From: Dehalococcoidia bacterium
GTDB lineage: Bacteria > Chloroflexota > Dehalococcoidia > Lucifugimonadales > UBA3495
DNA length: 64,000 nucleotides
Direction of reading: 5' to 3'
Assembly (NCBI GenBank): GCA_022827095.1
Contig: JAJDTP010000006.1
Span: forward strand, 19,514-83,513
The position numbers and the translations under genes were made by a program. Numbering within the stretch: the first letter of the stretch is position 1; every line of letters begins with the position of its first letter. The notes beneath the pieces are model-generated. The model did no database searches. It was not told the DNA's origin and saw only the letters and a list, made by a program, of their open reading frames with translations. Below are positions 61,224 to 64,000 of the stretch, in pieces.

Positions 61224-62075
61224 ATGGCTTACGAGTTCATCAAGACCGAAGTCGTGGACGGCGTGCTGGTGATGACCATGCACGACCCGCCCACGCGCAA
61301 CGCGCTGGGTCCGGATATGGCCGCCGAAATGTTCGAGCGGCTGGACGAGTTCGAAAATAACCCGGAAGAGCGGGTGCTGCTGCTCACCGGGACGGAGCCG
61401 TCCTTCTGCTCCGGCGCCAACGTGCGTGGTTTCCGCCAGCGCATCGAAGAGCGGGAAGGCGAAGCGGAGCCTGAACCCCTGACCTGGGGAAAGATGGAAT
61501 ATATGAAAGGTCGCTCGCGCCGGGCCGAGAGCGGCCCGCGGGTAAACTTCGTGCCGCTCCGCATCCATGACCTGCAGAAGCCGTCCATCGCGGTGGTCAA
61601 CGGCCCGGCGGCCGGGGTAGGGTGCGGACTCGCCCTGTCCTGCGACATCCGGGTTGTCGGGGACAGCGGGCGTCTCTCCGAGCGGTTCGTGCTCAACGGT
61701 CTGATACCCGGCGATGGCAGTTGCTGGCAATTGCCCAAGCTGATCGGCACTAGCAACACCCTCTTGCTCCAGTACACCGGGGACTGGATGGGCGGCGAGG
61801 ACGCCGTGCGCATCGGCCTGGCGAGCAAGTGCTTCCCTGACGATCAGCTGATGGAAGGGTCCATGGAGCTGGCGACTCGCATCGCCAAAGGTCCGACCGT
61901 CGCCCACTCGCTTACCAAATATTTGGTGCACGAGAGCATGGACCTCACGTTCCACGAGGCGCTGGAACTGGCCTCGGCGGCCCAGGAGCACGTGCGCCGC
62001 ACCGAGGATCACAAAATCGCGGTGCAGTGGTTCCTGGACAAGAACCGCGGTATGCCCCCGTTCGTGGGACGCTGA
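61224..62075 (+). CDS. Enoyl-CoA hydratase/isomerase family protein
   Basis: RNAL, FCSGANV, KPSIAVVNGPAAGVGCGLALSCDIR, GLIPGDG and TEDH. Start re-called at ATG 61224. Confidence 0.9.
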   Translation: MAYEFIKTEVVDGVLVMTMHDPPTRNALGPDMAAEMFERLDEFENNPEERVLLLTGTEPSFCSGANVRGFRQRIEEREGEAEPEPLTWGKMEYMKGRSRRAESGPRVNFVPLRIHDLQKPSIAVVNGPAAGVGCGLALSCDIRVVGDSGRLSERFVLNGLIPGDGSCWQLPKLIGTSNTLLLQYTGDWMGGEDAVRIGLASKCFPDDQLMEGSMELATRIAKGPTVAHSLTKYLVHESMDLTFHEALELASAAQEHVRRTEDHKIAVQWFLDKNRGMPPFVGR

Positions 62076-62126
62076 ACGGCCGGCGGCCTGCGCTGCGGCA
62101 ACTGCGAATTTTTCGTCAGGTTGCCC

Positions 62127-62155
62127 TTGACGATTGGGGCCGCAGGCGATATAGT
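62127..62155 (+). promoter_or_regulatory. Sigma70-type promoter of the 23S rRNA transcript
   Basis: TTGACG (62127), 17-nt spacer, TATAGT (62150). Followed by GACCTTAAAAACTGAATA (~62243), resembling an rrn leader/boxA element. Confidence 0.75.
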
Positions 62156-62312
62156 GTCGTCCCACTGACTGAGATGCGGGCGCCCTCCAGCGAGGGATCC
62201 CGGCCACCGGCGGAAACGCCGTCGAGGCAACATACGGTTGGTGACCTTAAAAACTGAATAGGAAATTTGAACTGTAAGAACCGAGTCTTAGGAATTTGAA
62301 GTTCCTAGCGTG

Positions 62313-64000
<1,688 letters not shown>

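Overview
High-GC, gene-dense bacterial chromosome segment. The gene content suggests Chloroflexota/Dehalococcoidia, probably a host-associated (sponge-type) SAR202 lineage. This is an inference from two luciferase-like monooxygenases, an enolase-superfamily enzyme, a plant-type LRR lipoprotein, Uma2/DUF4058/PaREP1 singletons and a 23S gene with no 16S in front of it. Core genes include gltX (partial), glnS, rluD-like, lspA, ltaE, rarA, pccB, folP, folK, ggt, hpt, gyrB, dinG, cobQ-cobU-pduX, crcB, dnaJ-prmA, amt and the 5' part of the 23S rRNA. Most notable observations: (1) a LppX/LprAFG-type lipoprotein next to a P55/Rv1410c-like MFS, resembling the mycobacterial lipid-export pair, with an ino1-pimA-pgsA cluster 15 kb away; (2) an atypical Ser/Thr kinase plus PP2C phosphatase appended to dnaJ-prmA; (3) a Uma2 gene flanked by a duplicated 3' end of its neighbouring gene; (4) a Nudix/PHP/DinG/OGG1/OGG1-zinc-finger repair cluster; (5) at least four families of short palindromic intergenic repeats. 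I found no CRISPR array, tRNA, integrase or transposase. All family assignments come from motif recognition, not database searches.
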